Both the position numbers and the translations under genes were made by a program. Source: Minisyncoccota bacterium (GTDB lineage: Bacteria > Patescibacteriota > Minisyncoccia > Phycocordibacterales > UBA9973). Taken from it: 64,000 nt of DNA. The stretch is from assembly GCA_035353995.1 (NCBI GenBank), contig DAOQAL010000001.1, forward strand, positions 145,464 to 209,463, written 5' to 3'. The notes below the pieces were generated by a model. It made no database searches, was not told the origin of the DNA, and saw nothing but the letters and a program-made list of their open reading frames with translations. This document shows, piece after piece, positions 56,628-64,000 of this stretch (its first letter is position 1; the number at the start of each line of letters is the position of its first letter).

Positions 56628-56966
56628 ATGAAAATCACAAAAAAATCGCATGAAACTTTTGTACGAGAGGATGCTCACGGTGGTAGTGGTGGACGGAAAT
56701 TACTGTTAGCTGACAGTGAAATGAAAAATGTACAAGGCATGACCTATGGATTTTTGCCAGCAGGTGCTAAATTTACATGGCATAATCATGAAAAAATAAA
56801 CGAAGTAATGCTTGTTCTAAAAGGACAAGGGTCTGTGCGAGATGAAGATGGTATTTATCCTTATTCAGTAGGAGATGTGTTTGTGTTCCCTCAGAATATT
56901 TTTCATGAAATTGAAAACACATCTAATGAAGAACATGAATATATTTTTGTGAGAATTTATGAATAA
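56628..56966 (+). CDS. Cupin-domain protein
   Basis: Two-His cupin motifs (TWHNHEKINEVMLVLKGQG ... PQNIFHEIEN). Confidence 0.6.
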   Translation: MKITKKSHETFVREDAHGGSGGRKLLLADSEMKNVQGMTYGFLPAGAKFTWHNHEKINEVMLVLKGQGSVRDEDGIYPYSVGDVFVFPQNIFHEIENTSNEEHEYIFVRIYE

Positions 56967-57138
56967 AATAAATTAATCAACATTCACGAGATATGTCGTT
57001 ATGGTAATATAAAATTATTAGAAATAACGTTACAGGGCTTGTCTGTGAAAGGTTCTAACACGAGTATCTCCGCAAATTAAAAATAGTATCGGTAGACTTA
57101 ATTGCCTTAAATTATATAATTAAGATATTATTATTAAT

Positions 57139-57888
57139 ATGAAAAATATTTTTTACAAATATAAAATTAAGGCAATAAAAGAATGTAAGACTTTGACTTA
57201 TGCTGAGAAAACAAAGGGATTATGGAAAAAAAGGGCAATACATGAATACTTTGATTGTCTAAAACTCGATGATGCAAATAAAAAAATTTCTTCATTATTA
57301 TTAAGAAAAAAATTAAATGGTAAAAAAATTTTAATAATAGGTGGTGGAACAGGTAAACTAGGAAGAAATCTTTCAAATAAATGCAATTATGTGAAAATAG
57401 TAGAAATTGATTCTTCTTTAAGTATCTCTAATCATGCAAATTATTTAGCTAAAAAAGAAAAACTCAAAAATTTTATTTCTATCAATGCGAGTTGTCAAAA
57501 AATTCCATTCAAAGATAATTTTTTTGATTATGTTGTAGCATATGGAGTTTTTAGATATATCCCAGAAAATGATCATAAAATATCAATATCGGAAATTATT
57601 CGTGTTTGTGAAAATTCATTCATTATATCAGAACCAGCTATGGGAAATTTTTTATTATCTTTAAAAAAACAAATACCTAATAGTATTAATATAAAATTAA
57701 ATAAACAAAAAATAACAATGTTTAGAATGTCTTTATTTTATATGTTGTTTAAATTATATAAGAATGATAAAAATTTTAAAAAAGTAGTTGATTCAAAAAT
57801 CAATTTGAAAAATAATTTTATTAAAATAATATCTAATATAGCTGGAACTAAAAAAGGTTATCTTTATAATCTTGTTTGTAAAAAATAA
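57139..57888 (+). CDS. Class I SAM-dependent methyltransferase
   Basis: Motif I ILIIGGGTGKLG; very AT-rich gene. Confidence 0.6.
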   Translation: MKNIFYKYKIKAIKECKTLTYAEKTKGLWKKRAIHEYFDCLKLDDANKKISSLLLRKKLNGKKILIIGGGTGKLGRNLSNKCNYVKIVEIDSSLSISNHANYLAKKEKLKNFISINASCQKIPFKDNFFDYVVAYGVFRYIPENDHKISISEIIRVCENSFIISEPAMGNFLLSLKKQIPNSINIKLNKQKITMFRMSLFYMLFKLYKNDKNFKKVVDSKINLKNNFIKIISNIAGTKKGYLYNLVCKK

Positions 57889-57911
57889 AGTATCAAAAGA
57901 TTTATAAACTT

Positions 57912-58436
57912 ATGAATCATATAAATATTGAAATAAAAGCTAAATCAAATAATCATGAAAGAATTCGTGAATTCTTGAAATCTCATAACGCTGACTTCAA
58001 AGGAATTGATCATCAAATTGATACATATTTCAAAGTAAATAAGGGTCGTTTAAAGTTACGCGAAGGAAACATCGAAAACTATCTAATATATTATGAAAGA
58101 GAAAATAAAGAAGGACCAAAACAATCAGATGTAATACTTTTTAAATTAACCTCAGGAAGCTCACTTAAATCAATATTAATAAACACAAATGGAGTACTAG
58201 TTGTTGTAGATAAAAAACGAGAAATATATTTTATTGAAAATGTGAAATTTCACATTGATACTGTTCAAGAACTCGGTACATTTATTGAAATAGAGGCTAT
58301 CGATGATGATGGTAGTATTGGAAAAAATAAACTGCTCCAGCAGTGCAACGAATATCTCAAACTCTTTGATATTTCAGAATCTGATCTTATTTCTGTATCA
58401 TACAGTGATTTATTGCTTGAAAAGATCGAAAAATAG
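57912..58436 (+). CDS. CYTH-domain protein (CyaB / thiamine-triphosphatase-like)
   Basis: N-terminal IEIKAK (ExExK) and size ~170 aa. Confidence 0.5.
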   Translation: MNHINIEIKAKSNNHERIREFLKSHNADFKGIDHQIDTYFKVNKGRLKLREGNIENYLIYYERENKEGPKQSDVILFKLTSGSSLKSILINTNGVLVVVDKKREIYFIENVKFHIDTVQELGTFIEIEAIDDDGSIGKNKLLQQCNEYLKLFDISESDLISVSYSDLLLEKIEK

Positions 58437-58533
58437 TTGAGGTGCCAAACTACGTGGTATATTTTTTATATAAAAAATTTTTATGTTATAATCAGCTAGT
58501 GTTGAATTTACTAATTTTATCTTTTAAAATTTT

Positions 58534-59721
58534 ATGAATAAAAAAATAATTAAACTTTTGTTTATTTGTGCAATTGCAATCTTTGGATTGAAAGCAGATG
58601 CTTCTTGTTCATTTACTAGAGACTTAGAGCTTGGTTCAGAAGGAGAAGATGTTCGATGTTTGCAACAATATTTAAATAGTGCAGGATACACTATTTCAAC
58701 TTCTGGCGCTGGTTCAGTTGGAAAAGAAACAAATACTTTTAAAGCAAAAACAAAAGAAGCTATTATATCTTGGCAATCAGCAAATGGAATAAGCCCAGCT
58801 AAGGGATATTTTGGTACTAAGTCTCAATTAAAATATTGGGAATTAGTAAATAGTAGTACTAGTTCAACAACTACAACCACGTCCACAACTGGTACTTCTT
58901 ATTCTGTTTCAGAATTAAATGATCAAATTACTTCTCTAAAATCTCAATTAGTAGTAGCTCAAAATTCTTCTACTGTAAAACCTGGTGAAGTTGCTGCTTC
59001 AAAAAGAATAAAAGAAGCATTGGATATGATTGAGGAAGCAGATGATCAAATAGATGATAGTGATGAAGATACAACATCAGCAAAAAATAATTTAGAAGAT
59101 TCCAAAGAAGATTTATTTGATGCTATAAGATCATTTTTTGATAATAAATTTACAGATGCACTGGATTCTGCAGATGATGCATACAAAAACGCTGAAGATG
59201 CATTTGAAGATGCAGGTGGTGAATCTAGAGAAGATGAAGTTAATAATAGTATAGATGAAGCAGAAGACGATATTGATAATGCTGAACAAAAAATAGAAGA
59301 CGCAAATGATGACGATGAAGATACAGATGAAGCTGAAAAAATATGGAATGATGCAAATGATAAATTGGATGAAGCAAAAACAGCATTCGATGATGGAGAT
59401 TATGACGAAGCAGAAAATTTGGCAGAAGAAGCTTCTGATCTTGCAGATGAGGCAATAGATGCAATAGGAGAGAGCAGTGAAAAAGATGATGCAAATGATG
59501 CAATAGATGATGCAAACGATACAATAAATGATGCAGAGGATGAAATAAATGAAGCTGAAGATGATGGTAAAGATGTAGATGACGCAAATGATTTATTAGA
59601 TGATGCAAAAAGTACACTTGATGATGCTGAAGAAGCATTTGATGATAAAGATTATGATGAAGCAAAAGATTTGGCAGAAGAAGCTTCTGATCTTGCAAAC
59701 GATGCAGTAGATGAATTGTAA
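58534..59721 (+). CDS. Secreted protein: peptidoglycan-binding domain followed by extremely acidic D/E/A repeat region
   Basis: Signal peptide; PG_binding_1-like GEDVRCLQQYLNSAGY...AIISWQSANGI; repeated DEAE/KDL/AEEASDLADEAIDA units. Confidence 0.55.
   Translation: MNKKIIKLLFICAIAIFGLKADASCSFTRDLELGSEGEDVRCLQQYLNSAGYTISTSGAGSVGKETNTFKAKTKEAIISWQSANGISPAKGYFGTKSQLKYWELVNSSTSSTTTTTSTTGTSYSVSELNDQITSLKSQLVVAQNSSTVKPGEVAASKRIKEALDMIEEADDQIDDSDEDTTSAKNNLEDSKEDLFDAIRSFFDNKFTDALDSADDAYKNAEDAFEDAGGESREDEVNNSIDEAEDDIDNAEQKIEDANDDDEDTDEAEKIWNDANDKLDEAKTAFDDGDYDEAENLAEEASDLADEAIDAIGESSEKDDANDAIDDANDTINDAEDEINEAEDDGKDVDDANDLLDDAKSTLDDAEEAFDDKDYDEAKDLAEEASDLANDAVDEL
59371..59716 (+). repeat. ~96-bp imperfect direct repeat (2 copies) encoding acidic helical units
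   Basis: 59371..59466 vs 59620..59716 share ...gattatga(c/t)gaagcaga/aaaaatttggcagaagaagcttctgatcttgca... Confidence 0.5.
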
Positions 59722-59785
59722 TCTAAACCTTTTCTAGTAAATTTTTTGAATTTATATTCAATATTTTTTGTGCTATAATTTTCGC

Positions 59786-60286
59786 ATGAATTTTGCAAGT
59801 AAATTAAAACAAAAATCTTGGAGAGTAATATATAGATTTTTTTCTCCTATGCAAAAGTTTTTATTGAAAACTGGTTTAATTTGGCACGATAAAGGTAGAC
59901 AAAAATATCATTTAGGTTGGCTTGCTCCTGGTAAAACACTAGAAGATTTAAAAAAACATTTACATGAAAAATGGAGTTTTGGTAACCATTTCATTGCTTG
60001 GACTGATGACGGACAAGTTTTAAGTTGGAGAAAATTAAATTCTTTTGAAGATCAATATCATTTGCGTGTTTTTAAAGATGGGGAATTGAGAGGACATTTT
60101 GAATATACTCCAGAGGCTCATCCTGTTGATCATTTTGTTGAGAAAGGGGAAGTAAATAAGAAAGATGACTTTTTAAAATTTCTAGGAGATTTTGTTGTGC
60201 AAAAAAAACATATCTCTCATCTTGAAATTGACCCAGATGCATTTAATCCAGATTCTGAATTAACTATAGAACAAATAAAAAAATAA
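59786..60286 (+). CDS. Hypothetical protein (~166 aa; start uncertain)
   Basis: ORF only; convergent with ATP-grasp gene. Confidence 0.3.
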   Translation: MNFASKLKQKSWRVIYRFFSPMQKFLLKTGLIWHDKGRQKYHLGWLAPGKTLEDLKKHLHEKWSFGNHFIAWTDDGQVLSWRKLNSFEDQYHLRVFKDGELRGHFEYTPEAHPVDHFVEKGEVNKKDDFLKFLGDFVVQKKHISHLEIDPDAFNPDSELTIEQIKK

Positions 60287-61474
60287 TTATTCTAATTTAG
60301 ATTCAGGGATAACAAGATCCCAAAGTTTTCCAGCTACATTATTTGATTTTCCAAATAATGTATAATGATGCAAATCAATAAAAGGTAAACTATTACATTC
60401 AATTACGCCACAATGTTCTTGTTCATTCCAAGGTTTTGTAATATCTTCAATTATAAAATCAACTCCAATAAGTGGATCTTTCAAATATGAACCTACATGT
60501 TCTAACATTTCTACATTCACAGGATGAGTGATGTCTGTAACTTCTGTAGTTGTTCCTCCGCAACCTCGACTTGTTTTTTGAGAAAATGTTATTGGAATTC
60601 CTTTTTCTGGAATACTATTAATATTTACTTTTTGGCGTGCAAGTTCTTGTTCCGCTTCTTTATCAATTATAATTTTGTGAAATATAGGACCAGAACGTTC
60701 AGTTCTTTCATTTTCTTTTTCTAATAATTCCTTTACTGTATGAATTCCATCTCCTGTAACTTCTGGTTGATCTCTTCTTACAACTCCAACTAATTTTTCT
60801 CCAATTAATGTTCCTCTAAAAAGGTGACCATTTAATTCTTCTTCAATAACTACAATTGGAGAAAGTTTTTTTGCTTTTTTAAATCCTATTTTTAAATCTT
60901 TTTCTGTATTTATATGTATTGTTGTATGCCTGCTTCTAGATCCAAGATTTGGTTTTGTTATTACTGGTTTTGTTATTTTTCTGAAAATTTTTAATGCCTT
61001 TTTATAAGTCCATGCTGTGCCACCTTTTGCTACAGGAATTCCTTCTTTTTGAAATTTTTGTTTCATAATTCCTTTATTATCCATCCAATTTATAGAATCT
61101 GATTCTTTGTCTTCCGGTCTTGGTAGTCCATCAAAAGTTATTTTTTTACCTTTATATTCTGCAATAAAAATGTTTCTAATAGGTCCTAAATGGAATTCAT
61201 ACATTTTTATGCCACGTTTTTTTGCTTCTTCCCAACAACATTTTGTTCTCCAAGTATCTTTTTCGTCAGGTTCAAAAGAATAATGACCTAATTTTAAAAA
61301 AATCATCAAACGATAAAATGGGAATGATACTTTATCTGATATCGCATCAGCTACATTTTTAAAAAAGAATTTTATTAAATTAAAAAAAGGTTCACTTGTC
61401 ATACCAAGAAGCACAGACATATAAGCAATACAATGTATTTCTTGAGATGGTTCACAATCTTTGCAATGTTTCAT
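60287..61474 (-). CDS. ATP-grasp protein resembling the N-terminal domain of cyanophycin synthetase, with Cys-rich N-terminus
   Basis: ITKPNLGSRSRHTTI and VTGDGIHTVKELLEKEN....IDITHPVNVEMLEHV...GVDFIIEDI parallel CphA-N ATP-grasp motifs; N-terminal CxxC...HC. Confidence 0.55.
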   Translation of the reverse strand: MKHCKDCEPSQEIHCIAYMSVLLGMTSEPFFNLIKFFFKNVADAISDKVSFPFYRLMIFLKLGHYSFEPDEKDTWRTKCCWEEAKKRGIKMYEFHLGPIRNIFIAEYKGKKITFDGLPRPEDKESDSINWMDNKGIMKQKFQKEGIPVAKGGTAWTYKKALKIFRKITKPVITKPNLGSRSRHTTIHINTEKDLKIGFKKAKKLSPIVVIEEELNGHLFRGTLIGEKLVGVVRRDQPEVTGDGIHTVKELLEKENERTERSGPIFHKIIIDKEAEQELARQKVNINSIPEKGIPITFSQKTSRGCGGTTTEVTDITHPVNVEMLEHVGSYLKDPLIGVDFIIEDITKPWNEQEHCGVIECNSLPFIDLHHYTLFGKSNNVAGKLWDLVIPESKLE

Positions 61475-61511
61475 AATTTTTATTATAGCATTACATTAAA
61501 TTTTAAAAAAT

Positions 61512-62159
61512 TTAATGTGCGACAGTAAAAGCTATAACTTTTTTTGCTCCAGCTTCTCTTAATACTTTTTTTGCTTCGCCTAGCGTTGCTCCTGTTGTAG
61601 TAACATCATCTATCAAAATTATATTTCTATTTTTTATTTTTTCTGCATTTTTCACAGAAAAAGATCCGATTATATTTTTTAAACGTTTATTCCTTTCTTT
61701 TATTAATGCTTGATGCTCTGTGTCTTTTGGTTTTAACAAAACGTCTTTTTCTAATATGAAATCTGTGTTATTTAATTTAATAAGTTTTTCGCAAATAAGA
61801 CTTGCTTGATTAAAACCCCTTTGGCGTAATCTTTTTGGTGAAAGTGGTATTGGTATTAATATTGGTTTTTGAAAATTTTCAAGTAATGATAAATCTGATA
61901 TTTCTTCAAGTATTCTTCCATACATTACTTCTGCAAAAATAGATGCAATACCTTTTTTATTTTTATATTTTAAAAGCCAAACTGCCTTTTTCACTGGTAT
62001 ATGCCTATAGTCATACATTGGAATAATCCATTTTGCGCTCTCACGTTCTGCTTCTGGGGAATCGTTTAAACATTTTATACACAAATCTGTGCCTTTTTTG
62101 CCACAAGAAATACAATACGATGGAAAGATTATATCTAAAATATTGTTTAAGATTTTCAT
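61512..62159 (-). CDS. comF: ComF-family phosphoribosyltransferase-domain competence protein
   Basis: N-terminal CISCG...CIKC zinc ribbon, C-terminal PRTase motif ILIDDVTTTGATL. Confidence 0.75.
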   Translation of the reverse strand: MKILNNILDIIFPSYCISCGKKGTDLCIKCLNDSPEAERESAKWIIPMYDYRHIPVKKAVWLLKYKNKKGIASIFAEVMYGRILEEISDLSLLENFQKPILIPIPLSPKRLRQRGFNQASLICEKLIKLNNTDFILEKDVLLKPKDTEHQALIKERNKRLKNIIGSFSVKNAEKIKNRNIILIDDVTTTGATLGEAKKVLREAGAKKVIAFTVAH

Positions 62160-62257
62160 TACTTTAAAAATTTTATTAAGAAGTCCTTTTACTCCTTATT
62201 TTTCTTGGTAATTACTTCCTTTTAATATTGCTTTTATGTTATAATATTAGCATAAAA

Positions 62258-63385
62258 ATGAATAATCCCTTTAAAGATTTTTTTTCAAATATCAAAGTTT
62301 TAGACAAAGATTCAAATAGTAGCGCTGTCGGAATAGACATCGGTTCTTCGTCTATTAAGGTTGTTGAAATAAAAAAGAAGGGAGGGAAGGCTACATTGGT
62401 AACTTATGGCATGATTGCTCTTGGTCCTTATGCAGATATTGAAGTAGGCCGTGTAACTAATCTACCTGTAGAAAAAACGATAGAAGCCTTAAAAGAAACA
62501 TTAAAACAATCTGGAGTTACAACAACATCTTCTGCTTTAGCAATTCCTTCACAGTCAAGTTTAGTTTTTACTATTGAGCTTCCTCCACAGGTTAAAAAGA
62601 CAGAAATGGCATCAATAGTTTCTACAGAGGCAAGAAAATATATTCCTGTGCCAATAGATGAAGTTTCTCTAGACTGGTTTATTCTTCCCAAAAAGGAAAT
62701 TTCTTTTGAAGAAGCAAATAATCCAGACTTGCAATTAGAGACATTTGAAAAAACAGAAGTTCTTGTAGTTGCAATACAAAATGATGTTGTATCAAAATAC
62801 AGATCAATTGTTGATGGGAACAAACTTAATGCTAGTTTTTTTGAAATTGAAATTTTTTCGTCAATACGTTCTAACTTTGAACATGAATTATCATTAGTTC
62901 TTTTAATGGATTTTGGAGCTTCGCGTACAAAACTTTCTATTGTTGAATTTGGAACAGTGAAAAGTTTTCACATTATACAGAAGGGTGGGGCAGATATAAC
63001 AGATTCTATTTCAAAATCTTTGAGTATTCCTTTTGCTGAAGCTGAAAAAATGAAAAAAGAATTTGGACTTTATGGCAATCCGAATGAAAAACAGCTAGCT
63101 GATATTATAAAAATTCACACAGACTATATCTTTTCAGAAACAAATAATGTATTATTAGGATACGAGAAGAAATACAATAAGTCTATAAGTAAAGTTATTA
63201 TTACCGGTGGAGGATCTTTACTGAAAGGATTGAAAGAAGTTGCTTCTGCAAATTTTAAAGCTGATATAGAAATTGGGCGCCCGTTTTCAAAAGTCGGTGC
63301 TCCTGCATTTTTAGATAAAGCATTAGAAGCCACAGGTCCTGAGTTCGGAGTTGCTATAGGACTTGCTTTGAGAAAATTACAATAA
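62258..63385 (+). CDS. pilM: Type IV pilus assembly ATPase-like protein PilM
   Basis: Actin-like fold N-terminus VGIDIGSSSIKVVEI; start at MNNPF (ORF-track start 62228 trimmed). Confidence 0.8.
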   Translation: MNNPFKDFFSNIKVLDKDSNSSAVGIDIGSSSIKVVEIKKKGGKATLVTYGMIALGPYADIEVGRVTNLPVEKTIEALKETLKQSGVTTTSSALAIPSQSSLVFTIELPPQVKKTEMASIVSTEARKYIPVPIDEVSLDWFILPKKEISFEEANNPDLQLETFEKTEVLVVAIQNDVVSKYRSIVDGNKLNASFFEIEIFSSIRSNFEHELSLVLLMDFGASRTKLSIVEFGTVKSFHIIQKGGADITDSISKSLSIPFAEAEKMKKEFGLYGNPNEKQLADIIKIHTDYIFSETNNVLLGYEKKYNKSISKVIITGGGSLLKGLKEVASANFKADIEIGRPFSKVGAPAFLDKALEATGPEFGVAIGLALRKLQ

Positions 63386-63406
63386 GTGAGATAATATAAA
63401 TAGAGT

Positions 63407-64000
63407 ATGGATCAAAATTTTCAAACATCATTTATACCTAAAAAACCGATGATTGAACAAAAGACAACGGAAAAACGTCCGATTGGTATTTTTGTTGCTA
63501 TTTCTCTTATTATATTTTTAGCTATAGCTCTTATATCTGGAGGTGCTTATTTTTACAAAAGCGTTTTGATAAAAAATCTTTCTGAGATGAAAGCAAATCT
63601 TGAATTGGCAAAGAATCGTTTTGAACCATCTAAGATTGCACAACTTCAAACTTTTGATAAACGTTTAATATCATCTACTGAAATTTTATCAAAACACATA
63701 GCAATTTCTCCTATATTTCAAGTATTGCAAGATAGCACGTTAAAAACTATTCGTTATACAGATTTTGGATACGAAATGGACGATAAAACAAATACAATAA
63801 ATATAAAAATGAGTGGTCAGGCTGTTGGATATCGTTCTATTGCTCTTCAGTCAGATTTACTTGTTGCAAATAAAAATTTTATTGATCCAGTATTTTCAAA
63901 TCTTTTGCTTGATGAAAAAGGTAATGTCCTTTTCGATTTGCAATTTTCAGTTGATCCAAGTTTTGTAAATTATAAACAGGTGCTTAAAACAGAAGATGTA
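63407..64000 (+). CDS. PilN/PilO-like pilus assembly membrane protein, 3'-truncated by window edge
   Basis: ATG 63407, open to the window end; N-terminal TM (IGIFVAISLIIFLAIALISGGAYF) then periplasmic domain; follows pilM. Confidence 0.45.
   Translation, partial: MDQNFQTSFIPKKPMIEQKTTEKRPIGIFVAISLIIFLAIALISGGAYFYKSVLIKNLSEMKANLELAKNRFEPSKIAQLQTFDKRLISSTEILSKHIAISPIFQVLQDSTLKTIRYTDFGYEMDDKTNTINIKMSGQAVGYRSIALQSDLLVANKNFIDPVFSNLLLDEKGNVLFDLQFSVDPSFVNYKQVLKTEDV

Noticed and set aside
57000-57138. GC-richer 45-nt patch in the cupin-methyltransferase intergenic region as a small RNA
   Set aside because: No convincing stem-loops or terminator; likely compositional noise.
59240-59698. 152-aa His/Leu-rich minus-strand ORF
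   Set aside because: Antisense shadow of the poly-acidic (GAT/GAA/GCA-rich) repeat region of the 58534..59721 gene; low-complexity artefact.

Overview
Low-GC (~30%) bacterial chromosomal window, gene-dense, built around translation and core housekeeping genes. On + strand it carries secE-nusG-rplK, a split str operon (rpsL-rpsG | insert | fusA | insert | tuf), and the S10/spc ribosomal-protein run (rpsJ...rplO-secY) followed by adk and map. On - strand it carries infC-rpmI-rplT. smpB is followed by a tmRNA, and there are three tRNAs. Other genes are ftsH, recG, a small two-component pair, a MarR-HlyD-HlyD-MFS efflux operon, comF, pilM and pilN. The window lacks rplA after rplK and has no L30 between rpsE and rplO. 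Together with a short L15, the archaeal-type small CMP/UMP kinases and weak Shine-Dalgarno usage, this points to a Candidate Phyla Radiation / Patescibacteria (Parcubacteria-like) lineage. The conserved operons are interrupted at several points by small insertions, each bounded by clear intrinsic terminators. The most unusual loci are described below. (1) An ~0.8 kb insertion between rpsG and fusA holds two divergent small ORFs, one with a Cas2/VapD-like motif pattern, flanked by a 16-bp direct repeat and palindromic operator-like sites. (2) A pair of large secreted proteins is present: a phage tail-fibre-like protein with a C-terminal intramolecular-chaperone (peptidase S74-like) domain, plus a W-repeat membrane protein. 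(3) A VirD4/TraG-like P-loop ATPase with a ~490-aa N-terminal domain of unknown function is translationally coupled to a NUDIX hydrolase. (4) A 43-nt 5'-UTR element is duplicated in front of two separate transcription units next to the tmRNA; one of them encodes a 48-aa acidic Cys-terminated peptide. (5) A divergent pair of class-II tRNAs is present, one with an apparent non-canonical ACU anticodon. Several genes are GC-richer than their surroundings and may be horizontally acquired: a truncated aspartokinase-like gene, nudix/ndk and a SLOG-like gene. No CRISPR array, rRNA or obvious transposase was seen.
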